Shown here piece after piece: positions 20,606 to 29,015 of a stretch of 64,000 bases of DNA. The stretch is from the NCBI GenBank assembly GCA_002011125.2, contig MTMF02000009.1, positions 1,608,989 through 1,672,988 of the forward strand. Reading direction: 5' to 3'. The notes beneath the pieces are model-generated. The model was not told where the DNA came from. It searched no databases and was given only the letters and a program-made list of their open reading frames with translations. The translations under genes were made by a program, and so were the position numbers. How positions within the stretch are numbered: position 1 is the stretch's first letter; each line of letters opens with the position of its first letter. Origin of the DNA: Candidatus Hydrothermarchaeum profundi. GTDB lineage: Archaea; Hydrothermarchaeota; Hydrothermarchaeia; Hydrothermarchaeales; Hydrothermarchaeaceae.

Positions 20606-20714
20606 AATATATAGGGGGAGAGGGCCTTCCGCTTATAAATGAATGAAGTGCTTTGGTAGATGAGAAACTTTTTTTACGATTGATCTCCAAGAATAATTTC
20701 CTGGAGGTATTCAA

Positions 20715-21368
20715 ATGGAGATTTTAGGCATAAATGGAAGCCCAAAGAAAAAAGGTAACACAGCAAGTGCACTTACATTCCTATTAAATGAATGTGAGAA
20801 AAAAATAGATACCAAAACTCGTATTTTTCATGTATATGAGATGGAAATTAACTTCTGCGATGGATGCTTCACTTGCCTTGAAAAAGGTACAAAGATAAGG
20901 CCCTGCCCTAGACATATCGATGATATGAATGAGATATATTCTAGATTAGAAGAAGCTACTGCTATAGTAATGGCGAGCCCAGTATTCTACGGTTGCGTAT
21001 CCTCAAAATTGAAGGCCTTTATGGAAAGATGCCTCCCTGCCTACGACTACCCTGCATCAAAGTGTGAATTAAAAGGAGCCCTTAGAGAAAAACTAGGGCT
21101 TGCAATCGCCGTTGGCGGGGCACGAAATGACGGAATAGAAGCAGTTCTCTCTCAACTTAGAAACTTTTTCTTTTCAAATAATATGCGCCCAATAGGTACC
21201 GCTGGTGGGATAGGGCCAAACGGGCTACCTTACCTATCAAGTAATTTGGGTGTAGGAATTGTCTCAAACGAAGAAGGAAATGCGCTAGAAAGGGATGTAT
21301 TGGCAAAAGAGTCTCTTAAATGGGCGGCTCAAAAACTGATAGACGAAGTTACTTCTGATGTGAGATAA
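20715..21368 (+). CDS. Iron-sulfur flavoprotein / multimeric flavodoxin family
   Basis: Motifs GINGSPKKKGNT, CDGCFTC...C, DDM and ASPVFYG. Confidence 0.9.
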   Translation: MEILGINGSPKKKGNTASALTFLLNECEKKIDTKTRIFHVYEMEINFCDGCFTCLEKGTKIRPCPRHIDDMNEIYSRLEEATAIVMASPVFYGCVSSKLKAFMERCLPAYDYPASKCELKGALREKLGLAIAVGGARNDGIEAVLSQLRNFFFSNNMRPIGTAGGIGPNGLPYLSSNLGVGIVSNEEGNALERDVLAKESLKWAAQKLIDEVTSDVR

Positions 21369-22749
21369 GTCTAGATCTGCCGTTGAACTCGGTTTCTTTA
21401 ACATTCACCGTAAGCGGCAGTTCCTTTAAACGCTCAAAATCTCCCCCTACAACACACTCAAAAATCTCTGGGTATATCTTGGCTCTTTCATCCCAGTCGT
21501 AGTATCTAACTACAAATTCTCTTGCATTCTTGCCCATTTCTTCTATCTTCTCAGGATTACTTAAAAGATACTCTATTTTAGCTGCAATATCCTTCGGATC
21601 AAAAGGATTACATTGCAGAGCAGTAACATCATTAATCATACGCTCCATAAAACCTCCAGTTCCATTTATACAAGGGACTCCGCAAGCTCCCGCCTCCAAG
21701 TCAAACTGCCCATGAGGTTCGTACTTACTCGGTGCTAGTGCTATTTTGGCCCTAGATATTTCTACTGCCTTCTCTTCATTAGGTACCCATCGCGTAGTAA
21801 CAAATATATTATCCTCGAGTCTTTCTTTTTTTATCCTTTCATAAACCTCCGCTTCAAGCTCTCCGCCCCCTATCATTCTTACCTTAATCTCAGGATATTT
21901 TGGTAATAGAATCTTTATTGCATCGATTAGTTCCATAACTCCCTTTACATGCGCGAACCTAGCTATGAAAATTATATCATAACGTTTATCCACATTCATA
22001 GGCCTATAAACATCCGTATCAACACCATGGTGTATGGGATAAGTTTTCTCCCGTATCACATCCGTAGGGATACCGTGCATAGAACCCACTTTAACTACTT
22101 CTTCTACCATATTCAAGCCTACTGTGAAAACAACATCACTTTTCTTTATACCAATCGCTTCTATGTCCCGTATAGTCCTAGAACCAGAATAGTATCCGCC
22201 ATAAGAGATTTCTTTAGGGCCTTCAAAAGTATGAACTATGCCTCCAACCCTGCCAGACTCTAGAGAATGGAGAAATGAAATCAAAGGCACATGATATTTA
22301 ACGGATTTTTCGAAACTCCCTAATATCGCCATCCAATCGTGGGCAACTATTAAGTCCGGGTCTATACTTGTTCTAATGTAGGGGATAGCTAAACTATAGT
22401 CAGATATGAATGGTATTAAAGGAAGCTCTGAACTATGTTGACCACTAAACTCTATCCCCGCCATGTTAAATAGCTCTTGACATTTTTTTATTGTTTCATC
22501 AGGATATAACCCGAATAACGGCCTCACAACCCTATATCCATCTATCTCCTCATAGATAGGTAGATCCTTCCCTCTCAGTCTCCGCATCCCCACGCCTAGG
22601 ATATTTACTCTCCCTGAAATTCTAGAGAGAACTTCATCAGATACTACCCCCAGCCCCCCAACTATACCGTATTTCTTTTTCTCCTTGTATTCTGGAAACC
22701 CATATGAAGGCAATTCGTAGCTATTCCATTCAATGTTTAACTTTCCCAC
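21349..22749 (-). CDS. GT-B glycosyltransferase family 4 (glycogen-synthase-like)
   Basis: Motifs IVGGLG, AHDW, HSLESGR and PSKYEPHG...EAGACG. Confidence 0.85.
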   Translation of the reverse strand: MGKLNIEWNSYELPSYGFPEYKEKKKYGIVGGLGVVSDEVLSRISGRVNILGVGMRRLRGKDLPIYEEIDGYRVVRPLFGLYPDETIKKCQELFNMAGIEFSGQHSSELPLIPFISDYSLAIPYIRTSIDPDLIVAHDWMAILGSFEKSVKYHVPLISFLHSLESGRVGGIVHTFEGPKEISYGGYYSGSRTIRDIEAIGIKKSDVVFTVGLNMVEEVVKVGSMHGIPTDVIREKTYPIHHGVDTDVYRPMNVDKRYDIIFIARFAHVKGVMELIDAIKILLPKYPEIKVRMIGGGELEAEVYERIKKERLEDNIFVTTRWVPNEEKAVEISRAKIALAPSKYEPHGQFDLEAGACGVPCINGTGGFMERMINDVTALQCNPFDPKDIAAKIEYLLSNPEKIEEMGKNAREFVVRYYDWDERAKIYPEIFECVVGGDFERLKELPLTVNVKETEFNGRSRLISHQK

Positions 22750-22888
22750 ACATCACCAAACTGCTACAATGCATATAAATATTTTGAAAAAATTATTGCT
22801 TCAAATAGCTCTGAGAAATGTTAAAAAATAATTTTTATATGCGCTTACCTAATTCCATAGACTTCTCGTTAATATTAAAAAGGGGAAA

Positions 22889-24394
22889 TTGTTAAGACTT
22901 ACTCCTATGCGGATTGCAATCCTAGTTTTTATAATGACCGTAGCAACCGCTTATGCTTATAGTCCCCACGAAGACCCATCAAAACATCCTGGAGCTTACT
23001 GTATAAACTGCCACAAGAGATTTATCGTAGATAACCCTACCGTGGTAGAGATGTTTCCATGTAATAAACAGCCATGTCATAGTTTAGGTGAGGAGGAAAG
23101 GGCCGCTATCCATCTAAAAGAATACATGTGCGAGGACTGCCATGCAGCAATGTCAAAAGGCTTCGACATCCACAACATCCACAGAGGAAAAGTCAACTGC
23201 AAGATATGCCACCTCAGCCCCAGAGGATGGAACTCATCCATAGCAACAATACCAGAGCCAACAAAAAAAATAGAATCAGAAGGCTACACCATCTACATAC
23301 CCGGAGACACCAAATGCCCATACTGCCACAAAACAGCAGAAAAACCAAAAAAACTACACCAAGTACACCAGCCAGTAATCAACACATCCTGCAAGACATG
23401 CCACGGAAGTCTACATAAAGGGGATATCTGCATTAATTGCCATGTGAAATATTCCATCAAAAAGAATTCGGGCTGCATAACTGCATGTCATAGTTTAGGT
23501 GAGGAGGAAAGGGCCGCTATCCATCTAAAAGAATACATGTGCGAGGACTGCCATGCAGCAATGTCAAAAGGCTTCGACATCCACAACATCCACAGAGGAA
23601 AAGTCAACTGCAAGATATGCCACCTCAGCCCCAGAGGATGGAACTCATCCATAGCAACAATACCAGAGCCAACAAAAAAAATAGAATCAGAAGGCTACAC
23701 CATCTACATACCCGGAGACACCAAATGCCCATACTGCCACAAAACAGCAGAAAAACCAAAAAAACTACACCAAGTACACCAGCCAGTAATCAACACATCC
23801 TGCAAGACATGCCACGGAAAAATGAAGCCCTCTATTCTAAAACTATGGGGAATAGAAGCTAAAAAAATTAAGAAAGAGGGTTTATTAGAATCATTAAATA
23901 AAAAAATCTCTAGCATTTTCCAAGCAAAAGTAGATATGAGCTGTAATTTATGCCATGAAGAACTAGTATCAAGTTTCTATACAAGCCCTGTTACTAAAAA
24001 AATCTCTAAAGTACATATGTGGGCTAGCCAAGCAGACATCTTTTTCGGGCCTAACGGAGAACTGAAATATGAAATGGAGTTTACAATTAATAATGAGAGT
24101 ACTGCCTGCCTATTATGTCACAAGATAGAAACAGTTAACGTTTATACAGGGAGCCATAAGATATACTGGAGAAAATGTACTAATGAAAGCTGTCATGGAG
24201 ATATAGCCTCAAATGGTACACGAATCTTCGTGGATGCAGGTAGCTTTAACTTGCCTGCATCAGCTAGAAATAGTCACGGATTATGGATTCAAAAAATAGA
24301 AAAAAAAGGATGGACTCAGGGATTTAGAGAAATCTGCGGTTGTCATCAGATACATCCTACCTACTCAAGAAGCTTAATAACCTCTGTTTTATAA
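22889..24394 (+). CDS. Secreted multiheme cytochrome c with 12 CxxCH, 3 CX3-4CH and 1 CxCH motifs
   Basis: Sec signal peptide (…TAYA|YSP). Heme motifs counted by eye. It has two tandem hexaheme modules plus a C-terminal tetraheme-like domain. Confidence 0.92.
   Translation: MLRLTPMRIAILVFIMTVATAYAYSPHEDPSKHPGAYCINCHKRFIVDNPTVVEMFPCNKQPCHSLGEEERAAIHLKEYMCEDCHAAMSKGFDIHNIHRGKVNCKICHLSPRGWNSSIATIPEPTKKIESEGYTIYIPGDTKCPYCHKTAEKPKKLHQVHQPVINTSCKTCHGSLHKGDICINCHVKYSIKKNSGCITACHSLGEEERAAIHLKEYMCEDCHAAMSKGFDIHNIHRGKVNCKICHLSPRGWNSSIATIPEPTKKIESEGYTIYIPGDTKCPYCHKTAEKPKKLHQVHQPVINTSCKTCHGKMKPSILKLWGIEAKKIKKEGLLESLNKKISSIFQAKVDMSCNLCHEELVSSFYTSPVTKKISKVHMWASQADIFFGPNGELKYEMEFTINNESTACLLCHKIETVNVYTGSHKIYWRKCTNESCHGDIASNGTRIFVDAGSFNLPASARNSHGLWIQKIEKKGWTQGFREICGCHQIHPTYSRSLITSVL
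23073..23819 (+). repeat. Perfect 336-bp intragenic direct repeat (23073-23408 and 23484-23819)
   Basis: CATGTCATAGTTTAGG...GACATGCCACGGAA occurs twice, offset by 411 bp (in frame), with a 75-bp unique spacer. Confidence 0.93.
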
Positions 24395-26100
24395 GTATCA
24401 AGCATATTTTTGATCTCTATCTCGTTTAATTTTCCTTGTGAACTTTCAGTTTCAAAGAATCTTTTTGGAATCCTAATCGCATCTAAATTAAAGCCTTCTC
24501 TTGTCTTAAACTTATATTTTATCTTGAAAATTTCCTTACCTATACCTAAAAATTCCTCTACCTCCTTCTGGATTCCTAAAGAGTTAAGAGCTTTTTCTAT
24601 TCGCTCTGGGGTATAAACCTCCCTTGCGAATAAGCATATCACGAGGGAATTAGCAAAACACCGCCAATAGTCTTCTCTCAATAAATTACTTACAATTTCG
24701 GTCTCTCTTAATTTACCTTTCAATAATTTTTGATCCAAGCTGTATCCCGCATTATCCAGGTGCCCATGTCTCGGACCGGCTATGTGCCCTATAAGATTCG
24801 CCCTGCCCGTATGATAACCAGCCATACCGAGCCCCCCTAACGATAAAGCATATTCCTCTCCACCAAACTTTTGTGCAGCCGCCGTTTCACCTTTAGCTAA
24901 GGCCTTATAAAAATCATTGGGCATCTTAACAATATACTGGACGGCCTTTTTATAGGCCTCCACATTACCAAAAGCCAGATCTATGCCAAGAGTATCATGT
25001 TTAGATATGAGATGGTTTTCATAGGCCTCCGTTGCCCAAGAGAGAGTCGTCCCAGTAGACATTGCATCTAGCCCCAAATGATCCACAGACTCTATTAAAC
25101 TTAGAACTTGCTCTGCCAGAGGTATCCCTAACAAGCTACCTAGCGCGAATATAGGCTCATAATCATAAGGGATCCTTTTGGTCTCGAATTCGAATCCCCT
25201 GGCAAAAGGAATCTGCATTGTAGCTATATGAATACATCCAACCGGACAAGCAGTACATGCAATGTGCTTCGCCATATAATTCTCAGCAAGATGCTCCCCT
25301 GAGATATACTCGGCATACTCAAAAGTAGAAGATTTAAGATTCCTAGTCGGCAAGCCCCTAATCTGATTCAAGGGATTGACATTAATAGCAGTACCATAAT
25401 CATGGTATTTGTTAAGACTATCAGTATTCACAATAACATCATACAACTCTTTATATGCCTTCAAATATCCTTTTTTATCCTCCATAGGTAGGTCTTTTGA
25501 ACCAGAAATCGCAATGGCTTTAAGATTCTTGCTCCCAAATACCGCTCCTAAGCCAAGCCTACCAAAATGTCTGTATGTGTCAACATTTACATTTGCATAT
25601 CTTACTAAGTTCTCTCCTGCGGGACCGATCCTTATTATACTCCTTCTACCTGGAGCGGGTTCTACATCCCTTAAAATCTTTCCCACAGTATACGCTGAAG
25701 ATATACCCCATATCGATCTCGCATCCTTAAAGTAAACTTTTTCATTTTGGATGGATAGATAAACCGGGCGATCACTTTTTCCTTTTATAACAATAGCCAT
25801 GTTTCCAGAGAAACGCATAGCGGCACCTAGCCTACCACCAGCATAGCTCTCGCCTAATTCGTTTGTCAAAGGAGATTTAAAAAGAGCAACCGCCTTAGTA
25901 CATGTAGGAAATGCCCCAGTTAAAGGTCCGGTAGATAGGATTATTGGATTCTCAGGGCTGAGAGGGTCTACGCCTTTGGGACAGTTCTCCATAAGGAGGC
26001 TTATACCTACCCCTACCCCCCCAATATATTTCTCAAAAAGGTCTTTTCTTTCCTCCTGATACACTTCTCTATTTCCAAGGTTAATGTAAAGTACATTCAT
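24361..26100 (-). CDS. Aldehyde:ferredoxin oxidoreductase family (W/Mo-pterin) enzyme
   Basis: Motifs KSPLT...GESYAGG, IGPAGENLV, GRLGLGAVFGSKNLKAI, CTACPVGC, DYE and GLDAMSTG. Confidence 0.93.
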   Translation of the reverse strand: MNVLYINLGNREVYQEERKDLFEKYIGGVGVGISLLMENCPKGVDPLSPENPIILSTGPLTGAFPTCTKAVALFKSPLTNELGESYAGGRLGAAMRFSGNMAIVIKGKSDRPVYLSIQNEKVYFKDARSIWGISSAYTVGKILRDVEPAPGRRSIIRIGPAGENLVRYANVNVDTYRHFGRLGLGAVFGSKNLKAIAISGSKDLPMEDKKGYLKAYKELYDVIVNTDSLNKYHDYGTAINVNPLNQIRGLPTRNLKSSTFEYAEYISGEHLAENYMAKHIACTACPVGCIHIATMQIPFARGFEFETKRIPYDYEPIFALGSLLGIPLAEQVLSLIESVDHLGLDAMSTGTTLSWATEAYENHLISKHDTLGIDLAFGNVEAYKKAVQYIVKMPNDFYKALAKGETAAAQKFGGEEYALSLGGLGMAGYHTGRANLIGHIAGPRHGHLDNAGYSLDQKLLKGKLRETEIVSNLLREDYWRCFANSLVICLFAREVYTPERIEKALNSLGIQKEVEEFLGIGKEIFKIKYKFKTREGFNLDAIRIPKRFFETESSQGKLNEIEIKNMLDTYKTEVIKLLE

Positions 26101-26501
26101 AGTACTTCAAACCTCTCAAGTTCAAGAATATCATGGGGGCAAAATTTAGCACAAGCTCCGCATTGAATACATATTAGCGGCTGATTTAGTTCTTCATCAA
26201 ACTCGATGGCCCCGAGAAGGCAAGCTTCAACGCATTTTTTACAACCAGTACACTTTTCTTTTATAAAATAAAGGCTATCTCTAACTTCAATAGCATACTC
26301 AGGACATGAAGCTACACATGGAGGGTCTTCACACATCCTACATGCAACAATTGCAAATTCACTTTCTATTCCGCCTGTAGTTTTAACATGTATAGCGCTC
26401 CTATCCGTAGAAATAACCCCATATCTCGTTCTAGCACATGCAAAAACGCAACTCATACAGCCGATACACCGCTCTGGATTCTTTACTTTTATCCTCTTCA
26501 T
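26097..26501 (-). CDS. 4Fe-4S polyferredoxin-type electron-transfer subunit of the AOR
   Basis: Motifs CIGCMSCVFAC, CRMCEDPPCVASCP, CTGCKKCVEAC and CIQCGACAKFCP; overlaps the AOR start. Confidence 0.92.
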   Translation of the reverse strand: MKRIKVKNPERCIGCMSCVFACARTRYGVISTDRSAIHVKTTGGIESEFAIVACRMCEDPPCVASCPEYAIEVRDSLYFIKEKCTGCKKCVEACLLGAIEFDEELNQPLICIQCGACAKFCPHDILELERFEVL

Positions 26502-26600
26502 ATCATCTCCCCTAATACTCCACTCCTCGAGTATTTTCTACCTCTGCAGATAAATATTTTATGCGGAAAAACTTTATTATCTAAAGACTGACTTAACATC

Positions 26601-27233
26601 ATGAGATTTAGTTCAATTCTTATAGTGATCCTCGTTATAACTGGAGTTTACCTACTTCCATCCGTGCTGGCAAAGTTTGCAGGAACTCACACCGTAGAAG
26701 TTAATCAAACAGGAGGCGTACAACAACTTAGATGCATCGAGTGCCATGAATACGCATTTGATGAATTAAACTCTACAGTTGCACAATCGGTGCTTAAAAA
26801 ACACAAAAATGCTGCAGGAAATTCTACTTACACTTTAAGCTGGCTCCAACGTAGCTTGAACAATCAAACCGACGAAGGAATTTGCATTCTATGCCATGGA
26901 GTAATAAAAGCTTACGAGAATTTGAGTCATACAGGAGTAGTAATGAGAGTATGCACGGATATAAATTGCCATGGAAACAATGAAACTACAAACAACACAA
27001 TGTACAGCGCGGGAAATGTTGGACCAGTTCTTGGAAATACTAACGCCCATGAAGAGTGGTTTGATGATATGGGTTCTTACTTGACTAGACATCAAAATGA
27101 GTCTGGCGCTAACTTAACTCGTGATTATTACACTTGCTTAGGTTGTCATACTTATACTGAAGTGGACATCAGTATTAGCAGAGCTAACTATGATCATTCA
27201 GACCCCTCATACAGCAAAAATAGGTATATTTAA
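26601..27233 (+). CDS. Secreted tetraheme cytochrome c, putative nanowire (ECN-like) subunit paralog
   Basis: Signal peptide ending LPSVLA-KFAGTH; heme motifs CIECH, CILCH, CTDINCH and CLGCH; 9 NxS/T sequons. Confidence 0.85.
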   Translation: MRFSSILIVILVITGVYLLPSVLAKFAGTHTVEVNQTGGVQQLRCIECHEYAFDELNSTVAQSVLKKHKNAAGNSTYTLSWLQRSLNNQTDEGICILCHGVIKAYENLSHTGVVMRVCTDINCHGNNETTNNTMYSAGNVGPVLGNTNAHEEWFDDMGSYLTRHQNESGANLTRDYYTCLGCHTYTEVDISISRANYDHSDPSYSKNRYI

Positions 27234-27339
27234 TCAAACTTTGACGGAAAGTAAGAATTTTTCTAGGATTTTTAAATGAAATTTACTTTTATTTACAAAT
27301 AATAAGAATAAATAAACATCGACACTAAGTCTCTTATGG

Positions 27340-27426
27340 AAAAGTTTAAATATTATTTTGATTATTGTTAATCTAACACCGTCCCTCATCTGGGAGATAC
27401 TATGAGGAAGGAGACGGAGGTGAAAT
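27340..27426 (+). promoter_or_regulatory. BRE/TATA promoter, 5'-UTR hairpin and RBS of the 27428 cytochrome
   Basis: GAAAAGTTTAAATA at ~27340-27353; stem CCGTC-CCTCAT / ATGAGG...GACGG at 27379-27417; RBS GGAGGTGA before the TTG. Confidence 0.55.
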
Positions 27427-27427
27427 A

Positions 27428-28204
27428 TTGAATACGAAATTGTTGATGCTGATGGGAACAATCGTGTTGGGTATATATGTGCTCCCGAGCGTAACAGCAA
27501 AATTTGCAGGGTCCCACACTATGGAGGCTAATACTACGGGAGGCGTTACTGAAGTGCAGTGCGGTAATTGTCATCAGTACATTCAAGACGAGTTGAACTT
27601 ATCGGATGGTAGTCTATCAGATGACGTAGTTACTGCCCATATAACTGCTCTTCAAGATACTAATTATGCCAATGCCAGTAACCAAAGTGCCCCGCTAAAG
27701 ATGGATGCTATTACAGATGCTGATATTACTACTGTGTGTCATCTCTGCCACAAAGTTCAATCAGGAGTTAGTGGAGGACACACCCAAGTAACCATTAGAG
27801 CCTGTACAGATTCAGCGTGCCATGGCTATAACTCAAGCGCAAGCCCATTATATTCGAGTAAACTGAATATAACTGAGAAGCTAGGTTCACCCTATGATGC
27901 CCACAATGTTTGGTATAATGCTATGACAAGCGCATCACCGTATAAAGCAGATGATGTAGATGGATGGGCTGGAGACTTAGTAAACCAAACTGCTGTGAGC
28001 GGTGGGAACTATACGATAGCATTTTATACCTGCTTAGGATGCCATACTCACGTGGGAATCGAATTCTCGCCAATAAACAGGTGGAACGCCTATAGTATCA
28101 ATGTATCTTTCAATAATCAGGGAGCTGCTACTGTAGAGTTTATAAATATGACTAGCACAAATACGACTTACGCCTCTAAGTCCCACGGCTCCGTCTGGAG
28201 ATAA
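27428..28204 (+). CDS. Secreted tetraheme cytochrome c, putative major nanowire (ECN-like) subunit
   Basis: Signal peptide ending LPSVTA-KFAGSH; heme motifs CGNCH, CHLCH, CTDSACH and CLGCHTHV; 11 NxS/T sequons; own promoter and terminator. Confidence 0.87.
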   Translation: MNTKLLMLMGTIVLGIYVLPSVTAKFAGSHTMEANTTGGVTEVQCGNCHQYIQDELNLSDGSLSDDVVTAHITALQDTNYANASNQSAPLKMDAITDADITTVCHLCHKVQSGVSGGHTQVTIRACTDSACHGYNSSASPLYSSKLNITEKLGSPYDAHNVWYNAMTSASPYKADDVDGWAGDLVNQTAVSGGNYTIAFYTCLGCHTHVGIEFSPINRWNAYSINVSFNNQGAATVEFINMTSTNTTYASKSHGSVWR

Positions 28205-28227
28205 GATTCCTAATAACTCAACAATCT

Positions 28228-28270
28228 CCCGGGTGAATATGAACACCCGGGTAAAACTTTTTTATTTTTT
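28228..28270 (+). terminator. Hairpin plus T-tract terminator
   Basis: CCCGGGTG-aatatgaa-CACCCGGG followed by TTTTTATTTTTT. Confidence 0.7.
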
Positions 28271-28304
28271 AAAAGCTAGGTTAATCTATAATTACTGAAA
28301 CAAT

Positions 28305-29015
28305 ATGCGGCTGACTAATATGTATAGGGAGTATACAAAGTACTTAGCGTTTGTAATCGCTATTACAGCGGCCTTCGAGTTGGTATACGCATATAATCCC
28401 TACGAAAACCCTAAGACTCACCTAGGAGCAATTTGTATTGACTGCCATAAGCGGTTTAAAGATGTTATCGATAATCCAACTGTATCTTCTTTCAGACCAT
28501 GTTATAAAGATGACTGTCATTTATCTGCAGATAAATGGGGAGGCAAGTCGAAGAGGGAAAGCCTACATCTCTCACGAGAAATCTGCAAAAATTGCCATAC
28601 TGAGATTCACACCACCCATAGAGATCGAGTAAATTGCAGAGTATGCCACATGAGTCCTAGGGGATGGAACTCCTCAAAAGTAAGGATACCTGTATCCAAG
28701 GAACAGAGGGTTTTTGAGGAGATGACCATTACTATACCTGGTAGCGCAGAATGTTCCTATTGCCACTTTAAAATTCCTAGTGCAAAAAACATACACGAGG
28801 TACATTCTCCAGAACTAAAGAATAACCAAACATGCTTAAAATGCCATGGGAAAGTAATCGAGAAGCGGCCTGACCTTATAGCTAAGATGAGTGGTGAAAA
28901 GATTGAAGAAAAGAAAAGAGGTTTAATGAACTCTCGGCCAATAGTTGAATTTATTAGGTTTTATAACCTAATAACGATGCAGCTGATAGAGCTATTTACA
29001 TCAAAGGTGAGATAA
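28305..29015 (+). CDS. Secreted hexaheme cytochrome c, paralog of the repeated module of 22889
   Basis: Signal peptide (…VYA|YNP); heme motifs CIDCH, CYKDDCH, CKNCH, CRVCH, CSYCH and CLKCH; shares VNCxxCHxSPRGWNSS with 22889; C-terminal amphipathic helix. Confidence 0.9.
   Translation: MRLTNMYREYTKYLAFVIAITAAFELVYAYNPYENPKTHLGAICIDCHKRFKDVIDNPTVSSFRPCYKDDCHLSADKWGGKSKRESLHLSREICKNCHTEIHTTHRDRVNCRVCHMSPRGWNSSKVRIPVSKEQRVFEEMTITIPGSAECSYCHFKIPSAKNIHEVHSPELKNNQTCLKCHGKVIEKRPDLIAKMSGEKIEEKKRGLMNSRPIVEFIRFYNLITMQLIELFTSKVR

Noticed and set aside
23073-23819. Repeat pair as a diversity-generating retroelement TR/VR or a CRISPR array
   Set aside because: The copies are identical with no adenine-specific mismatches, both are in frame in one gene, and the window has no reverse transcriptase, cas genes or repeat-spacer array.
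23128-23862. Alternative-frame ORFs 23128-23418 and 23539-23862, and antisense ORFs 23293-23478 and 23704-23916
   Set aside because: They are shadows of the cytochrome repeat. The lack of T at codon position 3 removes stop codons from the shifted frame.
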